IMG/VR virus record: IMGVR_UViG_3300044634_004833
Location: 64,001-128,000 of that record
Strand: one strand, 5' to 3'
Source of the DNA: a virus
DNA: 64,000 nucleotides
Below the pieces are notes generated by a model, which saw only the letters and a list, made by a program, of their open reading frames with translations, was not told the DNA's origin and did not search any database. Position numbers and translations under genes: made by a program. Shown here piece after piece: positions 18,656-29,359 of the stretch (positions are counted from its first letter, which is position 1; every line of letters begins with the position of its first letter).

Positions 18656-19450
18656 TTACCTTCTTTTATTTTTTTCGCATAAATCTTTAAAGTATAAAAC
18701 ACATTTCATTGTATCTTCTAAAACATTCCATTTAAAATGTGTTTTATATTGATTGTAATATACTGTAAAATCATTATTGTTTAAACAAGTAACTAATAGT
18801 CCGCATTCATTTCTTATATAACTCGCAGAAGCTATTTGCCAACAACTTCGTGAGTCTCCATAAAAATCATAAAAATTTGCTATCTTATCCATGTTTTCAC
18901 TAGTTGCAAACCAAAGCACATCTTCAACTCTGGATGGCCCGTAGCATTCTGCATGGGCTCCATATACAAAAGTTTTTTCATCTACTTGACTTAAATCATC
19001 TTTTAAAGATTTAGAACTTGAAAATATTAAATCTGGTCGCATTCTTACAACATAATCGTATTTAAAGTTATTGTCTCTTTCATAATCTTTTTTAAAACTA
19101 TTTACATAGTAGCCAGATTCAAACATTGCAACTACATTTTTATTTAATTGTTTGTTAAACCTTAAGCCGCCTTGTATGTTTTGAATTTGCGTATTATTAA
19201 ATTCTTCTATGACTATTCTTTTGGGGTTATAAATTTCTCTAAAATCGTGAATTGTAGATTGAGAAATGGGGTATTGAGTAAAAGTTTGTCTTTCGCTTGG
19301 CAATCCTATATTATGACTTACTGTATCTATGTCCCATGTGTGGACAAAGAAATCACAGTTCTCTTTAAGATATCCTATATATTCTAAAATATTTTTAGAA
19401 CAGTCTACTCCATCTCGTATTTGTCCATTGAAGCAAATTGCAATTTTCAT
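18656..19450 (-). CDS. putative glycosyltransferase-like protein (MKIAICFxGQxR family)
   Basis: MKIAICFNGQIR, DFFVHTW, YDYVVRMRPD. Confidence 0.7.
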   Translation of the reverse strand: MKIAICFNGQIRDGVDCSKNILEYIGYLKENCDFFVHTWDIDTVSHNIGLPSERQTFTQYPISQSTIHDFREIYNPKRIVIEEFNNTQIQNIQGGLRFNKQLNKNVVAMFESGYYVNSFKKDYERDNNFKYDYVVRMRPDLIFSSSKSLKDDLSQVDEKTFVYGAHAECYGPSRVEDVLWFATSENMDKIANFYDFYGDSRSCWQIASASYIRNECGLLVTCLNNNDFTVYYNQYKTHFKWNVLEDTMKCVLYFKDLCEKNKRR

Positions 19451-19511
19451 GAATTATTTATAAAATATACTGACTATTTTAATAATATTAACTACTAAAA
19501 AGAAAAAAATT

Positions 19512-20303
19512 ATGAAAATAGCAATATGTTTCAGTGGACAAATAAGGACAGGTTCGGAATGTTCTAGCAATTTTTTAAATTACATTGGAGACTTAATCAC
19601 AGATTGTGATTTTTTCGTGCATACTTGGGATGTTGAAACAATAAGCATGAACCTCCATGTAGACATAGGAAAAGAAACAAACAAACCATTTGTTGTTGAT
19701 AACAGTGTTTTTGAAACTTTTAAAAATATTTATAATCCAAGAAAAATGACAATTGATAAATATGACTCTGTTTTAACCAGAAACGCACCAGGCGGATTAA
19801 GATTTAATCAAAAAACTAATAATTATGTTGTCTCTTTGTTTGAATCTGTTTTTTATGCAAATGAATTAAAAAAACAATATGAAGAAGAAAATAATTTTAA
19901 ATATGATTATGTTGTTCGTTGTAGACCAGATTTAATTTTTTGTAGTTCTAAATCTTTAAAAGATGATATAGAACAAGCAAGAGATAAGCTTTTTTTATAT
20001 GGAGCACATAAACGTTGTTTTGGCGTAGAAAGAGTTGAAGATATATATTGGATAGCTAAAAGCGATGAAATGAATTGTGTATCAAATTTTTATGAATACT
20101 ACGCTAATCCTAACAATTATATCGGAGTAAATAGAGACTGGCAATTTGTTTTGTCTCATTACATTCAAAAAGAATGCAAATGTAATATAAGTTGTTTAAA
20201 AAATAATGAATTTACAGTTTATTATAATCATTATAAAGATTTATTTGGATGGGATACAACAAATGTAGAGGAATGTATCAAAAGGTGTCGTGAGTTACCT
20301 TGA
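19512..20303 (+). CDS. putative glycosyltransferase-like protein, paralogue of 18656..19450
   Basis: MKIAICFSGQIR, DFFVHTW, YDYVVRCRPD. Confidence 0.7.
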   Translation: MKIAICFSGQIRTGSECSSNFLNYIGDLITDCDFFVHTWDVETISMNLHVDIGKETNKPFVVDNSVFETFKNIYNPRKMTIDKYDSVLTRNAPGGLRFNQKTNNYVVSLFESVFYANELKKQYEEENNFKYDYVVRCRPDLIFCSSKSLKDDIEQARDKLFLYGAHKRCFGVERVEDIYWIAKSDEMNCVSNFYEYYANPNNYIGVNRDWQFVLSHYIQKECKCNISCLKNNEFTVYYNHYKDLFGWDTTNVEECIKRCRELP

Positions 20304-21837
20304 ACAATTCTAAAAATCCTTTTAAAAATAAATATTGTCCAAATTTTTCTGGATGTAATGGCGACATATTTAAATAAGATAAAGCTGCTATTGTTTTTAC
20401 ATGAGAAAGATCATAGTTTTTAATAATCCATGATTCATATAATTCTAAAAACTTTGAATTATTTTTTGTTTGAAAAACTTTTAAAATGTATTTGTTTTCT
20501 TCGTTTGAGAAAGGATCTGATTCTTCGTTTGCAAGACTAAAGTTTACGTTTGTTCCAGCATAAAGTTTTGCTAAATCATAATAGCTATCGCCTAACAAGG
20601 CTCCTTCAAAATCGCTTCTCCAATCTATTAATTTGAATGAATTATTTTTTGTATAAATTACATTTCCAAAATTTAAATCTCCATGAAATATAGAACAGAT
20701 ACCCATATCAGAAATTTTTTCCCAATTTATGTTTTCTAATATAGTATAAATATTGCTTACGTTAATGTTATCAATAATAATATTGTTTTTATAATTTAAA
20801 TTTTTATTAATATAATCTTTTACTCTTTTAAAAGTTTTTTCCTTGTAAAAGGAAAGGCAATTTTTTTTAAAATTATCATATTTTGGTTCTGTTTTATTAA
20901 AAAGATTTTTTTCTAGCCATAATAAAAACTTTTCAAATACTTCAATATTGTCAACCTCATAGAGTGTTTTTCCTTCTATAAAGTTATGGCAAATTAAATT
21001 TTCACAATCTGAATTTATAGAAGATTCTATTAGATTTGATAGCATTTCTGCTCTTTGTTTTTTTAGTTTTATTTTTTCTGGCAGATTTATTTTAGCTACT
21101 TTGTTATTAACTTTGTATGTAAACTCATCTATATCTATTTTTTTAAGTTCATAATGAGCCATTCCTTTTGTTTTTTTATTTAATTCTTCATATAAGCTTT
21201 TTCTTCCAACATCAATCCATGATATTTCTTTTGCAAAAATATCAGCAAAAAAAGGTTTGTAAAAAACCACAACATTTTCTACTTCTTTTTCTCCTTTGCT
21301 TCTTTTATGACTTTCAAATTTTTCCCAGAATTTATCATAATCTTTTATAGCTGCTATTCCAGTATAAGCATATTCATAACTATCTTTTGATTTGTTTTTA
21401 AAATCAACAAGTTTGCCATTTTCAACTTTGCAAGTAGAATAATTTTCCAAGTCATCAACTTTTGAAATACCAATCCAGTTTTGGTCAATGGCTGGCAAAG
21501 TTTTGCCAATAAAAGAATCTGCTGTTGCAATATAGAAAGGACATTGAAGTTCGTTTTTGCAACAATACATGCTATAGCCAGGCCCAGAACCTGGCTTGTC
21601 ATAATTATCAACTATAACAAATTTTATTTTTTTATCCGGATGCAAAGTCTTGCAGTAATCAACTATTTGTTCTGACTTGTATCCTAGAGCTAATACAATT
21701 TCATCAACATCACAGTTTTCTATTACATGGCTTATTACTGCTTTTCCGCCAATAGGAAGCAAGCCTTTGTTTATTTGATTTGTGTAAGATTCCATTCTGG
21801 ATCCTACTCCAGCAGCTAGAATAAGTAGTTTTTTCAT
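20278..21837 (-). CDS. sugar nucleotidyltransferase fused to an APH/choline-kinase-like phosphotransferase
   Basis: LILAAGVGSRM...NKGLLP; C-terminal HGDLNFGN...LIDWR...YDLAK. Confidence 0.85.
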   Translation of the reverse strand: MKKLLILAAGVGSRMESYTNQINKGLLPIGGKAVISHVIENCDVDEIVLALGYKSEQIVDYCKTLHPDKKIKFVIVDNYDKPGSGPGYSMYCCKNELQCPFYIATADSFIGKTLPAIDQNWIGISKVDDLENYSTCKVENGKLVDFKNKSKDSYEYAYTGIAAIKDYDKFWEKFESHKRSKGEKEVENVVVFYKPFFADIFAKEISWIDVGRKSLYEELNKKTKGMAHYELKKIDIDEFTYKVNNKVAKINLPEKIKLKKQRAEMLSNLIESSINSDCENLICHNFIEGKTLYEVDNIEVFEKFLLWLEKNLFNKTEPKYDNFKKNCLSFYKEKTFKRVKDYINKNLNYKNNIIIDNINVSNIYTILENINWEKISDMGICSIFHGDLNFGNVIYTKNNSFKLIDWRSDFEGALLGDSYYDLAKLYAGTNVNFSLANEESDPFSNEENKYILKVFQTKNNSKFLELYESWIIKNYDLSHVKTIAALSYLNMSPLHPEKFGQYLFLKGFLELFKVTHDTF

Positions 21838-21853
21838 AACGTATTTATTATGA

Positions 21854-22960
21854 TTAACCTAAATATAAATTTTTAAACCATTCTTTTGGCGGAGTATTTT
21901 CATTATCAAATCCATGACCATAAGTTTGCATAGGGACTGTAACAGATTCTAAAATGTAATGATTGTATCCTTCTTTTATTTGATTCATATCTATTTCAGG
22001 AAAAATGTCTGTTTCTTGTAATTTTTTATGCCAAAATAATGGTATTCTGTCTAATGTAAATCTATAGTCAGTCCCATTTATTCCATATGCAGATTTTAGT
22101 TTTCGAATTGCTGGATTTACATTTGTAACAGTAGGATCATATTCGTTATATCCATATTTAATTTTCATTGTTTTATTAAAAAAGCCTAATGGAATTTCAA
22201 GTGCTGGCCCACAATTTGATAAATTGCCAACATGTGAATATCCATCGTAGTGTCTGCAAAGTTCTCTAGTTGGAACCCAAGTGTCTACAAACAATTTGTG
22301 GCCTGTAGCTACTGTTATTCCATCTGTTCGATAAAGCGCCCAAGGGTGATATGAATTTTGTTCTCTTTCGAATGCCTCAAGTTCTAGATTGAACCAATAG
22401 TGATGCCACAATTCTTTTCTAACTATACGAATAGCATCGTGAAAACACCAAGGAAATTTTGCTGCCATTTTACTTTCATCTAAAACAGCTTTCAAATTTT
22501 TTGCAATTCTTATTGTTTCAAACCAATGAGAATATTGTAAGGCTGCATGGGGATTTTCAGACTTTGAAACTAGATCATTGCCAATTCTTAAAGCATCTAA
22601 ATTATAATCCATAAATATATGGTCATCATTTCCCGCAAAAAATATTGTGTTGTCGTCGATGCTTTCTAAAATTGGATAAGTATTTCTCCAATTTGCTAAA
22701 TTTTCATTTCTTGTCCAAAATATTTGAACTTTTTCTTCCCCCATCTCATCAATTATATATTTTTCAAGATTGTCTCTCTCGTCAATCAAATCATGGTCTA
22801 GCTTTATATAAAATATAAATTTACTTACAATAGGGTCCATGACGGCGTAACTACTTATGCAATATTTAAAAACATCAAGTCTTTTATCGGTTCTTAAATT
22901 ATGCCTCTGAAATGGCATAAGTCTTTGATTTGAAATTTTTACGTTGAATAAAACAATCAT
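21854..22960 (-). CDS. putative glycosyltransferase-like phage protein
   Basis: NDDHIFMD (DxD-like), PTRELCRHYDGYSHV; paralogue of 24239..25348. Confidence 0.6.
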   Translation of the reverse strand: MIVLFNVKISNQRLMPFQRHNLRTDKRLDVFKYCISSYAVMDPIVSKFIFYIKLDHDLIDERDNLEKYIIDEMGEEKVQIFWTRNENLANWRNTYPILESIDDNTIFFAGNDDHIFMDYNLDALRIGNDLVSKSENPHAALQYSHWFETIRIAKNLKAVLDESKMAAKFPWCFHDAIRIVRKELWHHYWFNLELEAFEREQNSYHPWALYRTDGITVATGHKLFVDTWVPTRELCRHYDGYSHVGNLSNCGPALEIPLGFFNKTMKIKYGYNEYDPTVTNVNPAIRKLKSAYGINGTDYRFTLDRIPLFWHKKLQETDIFPEIDMNQIKEGYNHYILESVTVPMQTYGHGFDNENTPPKEWFKNLYLG

Positions 22961-22969
22961 TTTTCACCA

Positions 22970-23560
22970 TCACTTAGTTACTTCGCAAAACATTTGTTGC
23001 CAGTCGCTTCTAAAAAGAAGCTTCACTTCTCTATTGTAATTCTCTAACCAACGATTAAATGCTCTCAATTCTTGATTATATTCCTCATCATGGCCGTTAT
23101 AAATTTCATCAAACAAAATAAAAGTTCCTGGAGCAATATAATTGTTTAATGAATCAAATATTTCATTTGTAGAATATTCTAAATCGCAATCTACATGAAG
23201 AAACTTAATTTTTGTATTATTGTTATCTAAATGCTGTATAAATCCGGGAAGAGTCTCTGCAAAGTAGCCAACCCACAATTTGACATTACTGTTTACAGGA
23301 GGCAAGCCTTCTTGTGCAAAAGCTCCTGCTGGCAAGTCTCGCCATGCTTCTGATAGACCTTTGAACGAATCAAACCCATGTATAGTCTTTTGAGGATAAA
23401 GAGTGGCGAATTTATTTATAGAAGCCCCAGAGCCAACTCCAAATTCTGCAAATTCACCAGAAGGCAGCTCCTCATTTATATAGCTTTTTATTTCCCAGTG
23501 ATGGTCATATAGCCTAAAAACTTTGGGAATTGCAAAAATATCTGACTCAGTTATTTTCAT
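22970..23560 (-). CDS. TylF/MycF-like class I O-methyltransferase
   Basis: AEFGVGSG, GFDSFKGL, LHVDCD, ILFDE. Confidence 0.85.
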   Translation of the reverse strand: MKITESDIFAIPKVFRLYDHHWEIKSYINEELPSGEFAEFGVGSGASINKFATLYPQKTIHGFDSFKGLSEAWRDLPAGAFAQEGLPPVNSNVKLWVGYFAETLPGFIQHLDNNNTKIKFLHVDCDLEYSTNEIFDSLNNYIAPGTFILFDEIYNGHDEEYNQELRAFNRWLENYNREVKLLFRSDWQQMFCEVTK

Positions 23561-23573
23561 TTTTTTCCTTGAC

Positions 23574-24191
23574 TTAATTATGAACAAATAGAATGTTTTC
23601 AACCTTTATTGGATTTGTAATAGCAGCAATTTTGCCAGCATAAATGCCATCGGCACACGCTATAAAATCAGTCCAAGGAGTTGTTTTTACCAAATCCATT
23701 CTGCTAATGAATGCTCCCATGTCTATTCCGTTTGGACCTGGTCTAGTATGGAATAGCCTCCAAGTATGATGTGAATGTATCATGTTACAAAAAGACATTC
23801 CAGAATTATTGTTGACTGCAGCAGCAAGCATTATTTTAAAAAAGTCTGGAACATAATAATTATCTTCGTTTGTAAAAAGAACCCAATCTGCATGAGGTTC
23901 GATCATAGCTGTTGGATGGCGGTGGTGAAAACCCCAGCATCCTTTTTTGGGAAGATTGTCTAAAAATGTTATCTTGGGACTTAAATTTCTAAATTTATCT
24001 GCTAATGTAATATCATTAAGAGGTCCATCATGATGTATGAAAATTTCAAAATTAGTATAAGTTTGAGCTAGTAATGAATGGACACAACAAAAAGCAGCAT
24101 CTATTTTTCTTTGATCTACATTTAAGTATGCAGATACTACTGCTCTTATTTTTGGATTTCCAGATATATTTTGGTGTGCGTATCTTCCCAT
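23574..24191 (-). CDS. GT2-like glycosyltransferase
   Basis: SLLAQTYTNFEIFIHHDG, FTNEDNYY, IDMGAF. Confidence 0.8.
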   Translation of the reverse strand: MGRYAHQNISGNPKIRAVVSAYLNVDQRKIDAAFCCVHSLLAQTYTNFEIFIHHDGPLNDITLADKFRNLSPKITFLDNLPKKGCWGFHHRHPTAMIEPHADWVLFTNEDNYYVPDFFKIMLAAAVNNNSGMSFCNMIHSHHTWRLFHTRPGPNGIDMGAFISRMDLVKTTPWTDFIACADGIYAGKIAAITNPIKVENILFVHN

Positions 24192-24238
24192 TTTATTAAA
24201 TTCTTTTCTTTTTTAAACTAGTAATTATTATTATATTT

Positions 24239-25348
24239 TTGATGATTATTTTATACAACATACACTTGAAGCCAAATAGAACTGTATTTTACGAAAGACC
24301 AAACTTAAGGTCTGATGATAGAATAGATATTTTTAAATATTCTATTGCAACTCATGCAGTTACAGATCCTTTGGTTTCTAAATTTTTGTTCTTTATATCT
24401 ATAGATCCAGAATGGGAAAACAGAAAAGAAGAAATTGAAAAATTTATTTACAACAACCATGATGAAGAAAAAGTAAAAATTGAATGGAAAGCCAAGGAAA
24501 CATTAGAAGAATGGCAAAATTTAAGTTACGAACTCGATAAAATTGATGATAAAACAATTTATTTTTTGTCAAATGAAGACCATATTTTTATTGATTATGA
24601 TTTGGAAGCTTTGTTTTATACCATTAAAGAAGTGGAAAATGATCCGAATCCTTTTTCAGCCATGTTTTATTCCCATTGGCCCGAATTAATAAGAGTTGCA
24701 AAAAGACTCGGTGGCAACTTAAGTTCTTCTGGATATTCTGTTAATTTCGACTGGTCTGTACACGATTCTATAAGATTGATTAGAAAAGAACTCTGGAGAA
24801 AATATTGGTTCGATTGGGATTTTAGAGATTTGCCTCCTTCTACAAATATATCGAGCATTAAAAAGTTTTTACCAGATGGATTTAATGTAAGCTGTCATGT
24901 TCCAACGAGAGAAATTTGCAGACATTATGACGGATATTCGCATGTTGGCAATCTTTTTAATTATTATCCACCTCTTGAAATACCAAAAGGATTTTTAAGT
25001 AAAAATATGACAGTTCGTTATGGATGGAATGATATTTGGACTCATGATAATTTTTCAAATATTAATCCATTGATGCCAAATATGAAAACTGTAGATCCTA
25101 GATGTGGAGTAGATTATAAACTTACCCTTGACAAACTACCAATGTCATGGTGGGGAAGAATATCTGATATTAATGAAAATCCTCATATGAATGAAGAAGA
25201 AATGGCTGTTGGATACAAAAATTGGCTTTATGATTCTCTAAAAGTTCCTATAGGAGCTTATTGTATGCATTTTAATGAAAATGATTTTCCACCAATAGAA
25301 TGGATTGAAAAACATATAAAACAAGTAAAAATGCTAAGAACCTTTTAA
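24239..25348 (+). CDS. putative glycosyltransferase-like phage protein, paralogue of 21854..22960
   Basis: NEDHIFID, YSHWPE, PTREICRHYDGYSHVGNL. Confidence 0.6.
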   Translation: MMIILYNIHLKPNRTVFYERPNLRSDDRIDIFKYSIATHAVTDPLVSKFLFFISIDPEWENRKEEIEKFIYNNHDEEKVKIEWKAKETLEEWQNLSYELDKIDDKTIYFLSNEDHIFIDYDLEALFYTIKEVENDPNPFSAMFYSHWPELIRVAKRLGGNLSSSGYSVNFDWSVHDSIRLIRKELWRKYWFDWDFRDLPPSTNISSIKKFLPDGFNVSCHVPTREICRHYDGYSHVGNLFNYYPPLEIPKGFLSKNMTVRYGWNDIWTHDNFSNINPLMPNMKTVDPRCGVDYKLTLDKLPMSWWGRISDINENPHMNEEEMAVGYKNWLYDSLKVPIGAYCMHFNENDFPPIEWIEKHIKQVKMLRTF

Positions 25349-25355
25349 ATATAAT

Positions 25356-25949
25356 ATGTTTGACTTAGTAATTGCAAAATATAAAGAAGATATATCATGG
25401 GCAGAACAACTGAATTTTAGAAAATTTATTTATAATAAAAATGATGAGCCTTTTCCCAATTCTATAAAACTTAAAAATATTGGAAGAGAAGCACATACAT
25501 GGGCTTATCATATAGTAAAAAATTATAACAATATTGATGAATATACAATATTCGTACAAGGAGACCCTTTTTACCATTTTGAAAATTTTATGGAAATTGC
25601 AAAAAGATTACCAGAGTCTTTAGATCAACTTAATAAAGTTGATGATGGATTGTATAGTCTTGCTGATATTAATCAACCAGAAGATTTAGATTTTTTAAAA
25701 AATAGAAACGTTCATCCAGATAAAGTTTTAAAATTAATTTCTTCAAAAGAACAAAATAAAACTTTGTTTCCATTTGCTTGGGGAGCCCAACATATTGTAC
25801 ATCGTAATAATATTCTTTGCAAGTCTATTAATTTTTGGCAGAAACTAGTTGAAATACATGATACTGCAATTCATTGGCCTTGGAGTATCGAAAGATGTTG
25901 GTTTGATATTTTTGGTTCTAAAACTTTTAATAATAAATTATTTTTTTAA
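25356..25949 (+). CDS. DUF3431-like protein
   Basis: LVIAKYKEDISW, NIGREAHT, FVQGDPFYH, WSIERCW. Confidence 0.75.
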   Translation: MFDLVIAKYKEDISWAEQLNFRKFIYNKNDEPFPNSIKLKNIGREAHTWAYHIVKNYNNIDEYTIFVQGDPFYHFENFMEIAKRLPESLDQLNKVDDGLYSLADINQPEDLDFLKNRNVHPDKVLKLISSKEQNKTLFPFAWGAQHIVHRNNILCKSINFWQKLVEIHDTAIHWPWSIERCWFDIFGSKTFNNKLFF

Positions 25950-25992
25950 CTTCAAAAATTTTTATATTTATTTGTTTTTTAATAAATAAAGC

Positions 25993-26517
25993 ATGAAAAC
26001 TTTTAGTGAATATTACAAAGATTCTGGCCTAGGGAAATGGTTGGACGAAAAGTGGGTTGACATTAGCAGAAAAGACAAAAGTGGCAAACATCCACCTTGT
26101 GGGGCTTCTGCTAAAAAAGGAACAAGAAAAAAAGGCCAAAAGAAAGCATATCCTAAATGCAGGCCCGCTGCAAAAGCAGCCGCTATGAGCGATGATCTTA
26201 AAAAGAAAGCAACTCAACAAAAAAGAAGAGCCGAAGGAAAAAATAAGCACAAAAAAGGCAGGAAACCAGTCGTTGTATCTCATAAGAATTTGAAAGAGGA
26301 TGTTATGTTAAATGAGGGGAAAAAAAATAAACCTAACAATCCTAAATTATGGAGTAGAGCGCAGGCTTGGGCGAGAAAAAAGTTTGATGTACATCCTAGT
26401 GCCTATAGTAATTTAGCTGCAAGCAAGTGGTACAAGGAACGTGGCGGCACATGGAGAAGCACAAACGAATCTTATTTGCCAACATTCAAGGAATGGTTAG
26501 ATATTAATGCACTTTAA
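25993..26517 (+). CDS. basic virion-type protein with two conserved phage motifs
   Basis: GLGKWLDEKWVDI...PCG...YPKCRP and KPNNPKLW...KFDVHPSAY...YKERGGTW. Confidence 0.7.
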   Translation: MKTFSEYYKDSGLGKWLDEKWVDISRKDKSGKHPPCGASAKKGTRKKGQKKAYPKCRPAAKAAAMSDDLKKKATQQKRRAEGKNKHKKGRKPVVVSHKNLKEDVMLNEGKKNKPNNPKLWSRAQAWARKKFDVHPSAYSNLAASKWYKERGGTWRSTNESYLPTFKEWLDINAL

Positions 26518-29308
26518 ACAATTTATTTTATTATCAGAATCTTTAAACAAAGAAATTGAAGATTTTTTACTAAATGTCAAGAATATTGACAAAGTTGAGA
26601 TGCGCAAATTTATTGATGAATTAAAGGCATCTCCTGAAGAAATTGATAAAAAAGCAGCCTTTGCCAAGATGCAGGAAAAGTTTGGTTTTGCCAAAAAGAA
26701 AAATTTGCCAGACCCACCGAAAAATCCTGCCTTGCAATCTTATTACGATAATTTAGTTGATGGCAAAATAACAATCCCAGAGTATAAGATTGCTGCTCAT
26801 TATCAAAATGCTGCTGGATTAAGTGAAATAATGAGTTCTTTAAGAAGACTTGTGAATCAAGGAATTGTAAATTTACAATACAAAGATGGGCCTGAAATTA
26901 TATACGGAGATGAATCACTTAGAGATTTTGCAGATTCTACAAAGTTTGCTGCTTCTATTCATAAAATAGAATCACAAGCTGGGCTGGCAAAAAAAGAAAT
27001 AAAAGGTGGAACTGCAGATCCATATCTGTTGCAAATAAGCAACGAAGCAGACCAAGTGTGGCCTCCTGCTGGCACAAAAGATAATCCTAGCAACATTTAT
27101 GTGTTCAAAGCTGGATTTGATCCGCAAAAATGCAGATTGATGGGCAAAGGACAAGTTTGGTGCATCTCTAGCTCTCATTTCAAAAAATGGACTATGGCAT
27201 ATAGAATAAACAGAGGTCAAGTTCAATACTTTATTTTTGATTTAAACAAAGACAAAGATGATCCAACACGTTATGTAAATGCAGGTGTTGCAGAATCAGA
27301 AGAGGCAGAAGATGAAGATTATGATACATCTACACTCATGGGAGGCGAATGGGTTGATGCCAGAAATCATCCAGATGAAATAGAAGGTTATTCAAGCGTT
27401 GAAGAGTATGAAAGGTATTTGGCCAGCAAAGGAGTTCCTGTTGAAAAAGTTTTTGTGCCAGAACCACTAAGTGATGATGAAAAAAAATTAAAAACATATT
27501 TAAAACAACAAAACTGGAAGGAAGCCAAAGCTTTAAGCACGGAGCTTTGGGAAGCCTACATATTGTTATCAGATAGACTGCCAGATGAAGCTTACAATAC
27601 GCTTTCTGAAGAACAAAAAACAACTTTTAGACATGGTAAATTACAAACTTTAACTACAAAGCAAATAAGCGATGCTGTTGGTGAAAGGAAAAATAATAAG
27701 AGGAATTTCAAAGAATGGGTAAAAAGCTTATTATTGTACGATATGACAGTCGAGGATATGCTGGGACTAGTTCCCGAAAATGAACAATATGAATTTATGG
27801 ACGAATTTTTAGGATCTGTTCAAGATGGAACTCTTACCAAATTACTTTCACATGGATTAAGAACTATTAATAATAAACAATTTTCAGATTTGCTTATAAA
27901 GCATAGTGAAAAATTTGACAACTCAGCTTATATTGACATGCTTATTTCTAAAGGAATAACAGAGTTTTCTCCAGAAAATATAAAAGTAATTGAAAATATG
28001 CCAGAATATAATTTTGGCAATAGCATGCTTAGTCTTATGCCTGATAAAGGCGGGGATGAAAATTCTGAGACGATGTTTTGGAGTTTGGTTGAAAACCATG
28101 CTGATGTTGTGGCCAAAAAGCTTTCTAAAAACAAAATTTTGTATTCAAATATTTTGAACCTTTTTGGTGATTATAAAATGTTCACAAAGTTTTTTAATGC
28201 AATAAATCCAGAGATTATGAAATATTTGGGTGGCAAGATAGAATCTTCTCTAGATTGGATGTCTCATTCTGACTTGAAAAATTTGCTTAATAAAAGTAAT
28301 AGCGATATCGTAAAATTTATTTACGATAATACAAATGAATATACTCATAGGAAATTATCTCCATTTTTTGACGAAGGAAATAACGATACAGCTAAATTGT
28401 CTCATCTAAAACATGCTAAATATAACTTTGAAAATGGCGAATTATTAAATGGGATTTTAAATTCCAAAAACCCTTTGAGTTTTATATCTGACATAGGTGT
28501 TGAAAAGTTTAGAAAACTTCTATGGTATCCCGAATTCATTGTGAAGGCTATTGAAGTTTTGAATAGAACAAGATCAATTTCACAAAATGATATTTATGAT
28601 TTGATATCCACTGAAACTTTAGACAATTTAGGCTATGAAGACATAAAAAATCTTTTGAAAAAACTACATTTTGATCAAATGTCAGAGTCCAAACTTGTAG
28701 ATTACCTGTTGCAAAGATTAATTGGAATGGAAGTATCTGGAGGAAAGAAAATAGAGTCTAGCAAAGAGGATAGAATCGCTGAATTATTAAATTCTATTCA
28801 TAGTCTGGATAATTCTCTATCTGTTTCAAAATTGCAAAAGCTAAAGAATATGGCTGGCGACAGTGTGTGGAATAATATAAAGCCACAAGCTGTGGCAGAA
28901 TTTTTGCTTAGATTGCCGGAACTACGTTTAAACGAATCAACTATAAATGAAATAGCAAATTTGTTTAATTTGCAATCTTTGGAATCTTTGCCAGTTTCCA
29001 TTTTGGTGAAACTGCTTGATAAGCTTCCAAATTTAAATTACACCAATGGATTTTACCAAGCTATAAAAAATGATCTTGGTTCGTACATGAGATACATGCC
29101 ACCCTTTGTTGTGCTTCTTCTTGATAAAGCAAAAGGCAAAATAGTTTTATCGCCAGCAGAAATTGCCGATTTGATAAACAAAAAGGAATTTACTGCTGTT
29201 GAGACAATAAAAAGGCTGGGCAAGGAACGAATGACCCCGCAGGTTGTTGCGCTTTTGAAGCCAAAAATCAGGGATTATTATCAAAGCGATATGCTTCCGA
29301 GGATGTAG
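26507..29308 (+). CDS. large phage protein (WCISS domain plus helical C-terminus)
   Basis: MHFKQF start; KCRLMGKGQVWCISSS...YFIFD...RYVN...EWVD shared with 52703..55234. Confidence 0.75.
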   Translation: MHFKQFILLSESLNKEIEDFLLNVKNIDKVEMRKFIDELKASPEEIDKKAAFAKMQEKFGFAKKKNLPDPPKNPALQSYYDNLVDGKITIPEYKIAAHYQNAAGLSEIMSSLRRLVNQGIVNLQYKDGPEIIYGDESLRDFADSTKFAASIHKIESQAGLAKKEIKGGTADPYLLQISNEADQVWPPAGTKDNPSNIYVFKAGFDPQKCRLMGKGQVWCISSSHFKKWTMAYRINRGQVQYFIFDLNKDKDDPTRYVNAGVAESEEAEDEDYDTSTLMGGEWVDARNHPDEIEGYSSVEEYERYLASKGVPVEKVFVPEPLSDDEKKLKTYLKQQNWKEAKALSTELWEAYILLSDRLPDEAYNTLSEEQKTTFRHGKLQTLTTKQISDAVGERKNNKRNFKEWVKSLLLYDMTVEDMLGLVPENEQYEFMDEFLGSVQDGTLTKLLSHGLRTINNKQFSDLLIKHSEKFDNSAYIDMLISKGITEFSPENIKVIENMPEYNFGNSMLSLMPDKGGDENSETMFWSLVENHADVVAKKLSKNKILYSNILNLFGDYKMFTKFFNAINPEIMKYLGGKIESSLDWMSHSDLKNLLNKSNSDIVKFIYDNTNEYTHRKLSPFFDEGNNDTAKLSHLKHAKYNFENGELLNGILNSKNPLSFISDIGVEKFRKLLWYPEFIVKAIEVLNRTRSISQNDIYDLISTETLDNLGYEDIKNLLKKLHFDQMSESKLVDYLLQRLIGMEVSGGKKIESSKEDRIAELLNSIHSLDNSLSVSKLQKLKNMAGDSVWNNIKPQAVAEFLLRLPELRLNESTINEIANLFNLQSLESLPVSILVKLLDKLPNLNYTNGFYQAIKNDLGSYMRYMPPFVVLLLDKAKGKIVLSPAEIADLINKKEFTAVETIKRLGKERMTPQVVALLKPKIRDYYQSDMLPRM

Positions 29309-29359
29309 TTTCGTCAACCACCCCCTATAATTTAAATAAAATCAAGGAGGACAACAATC

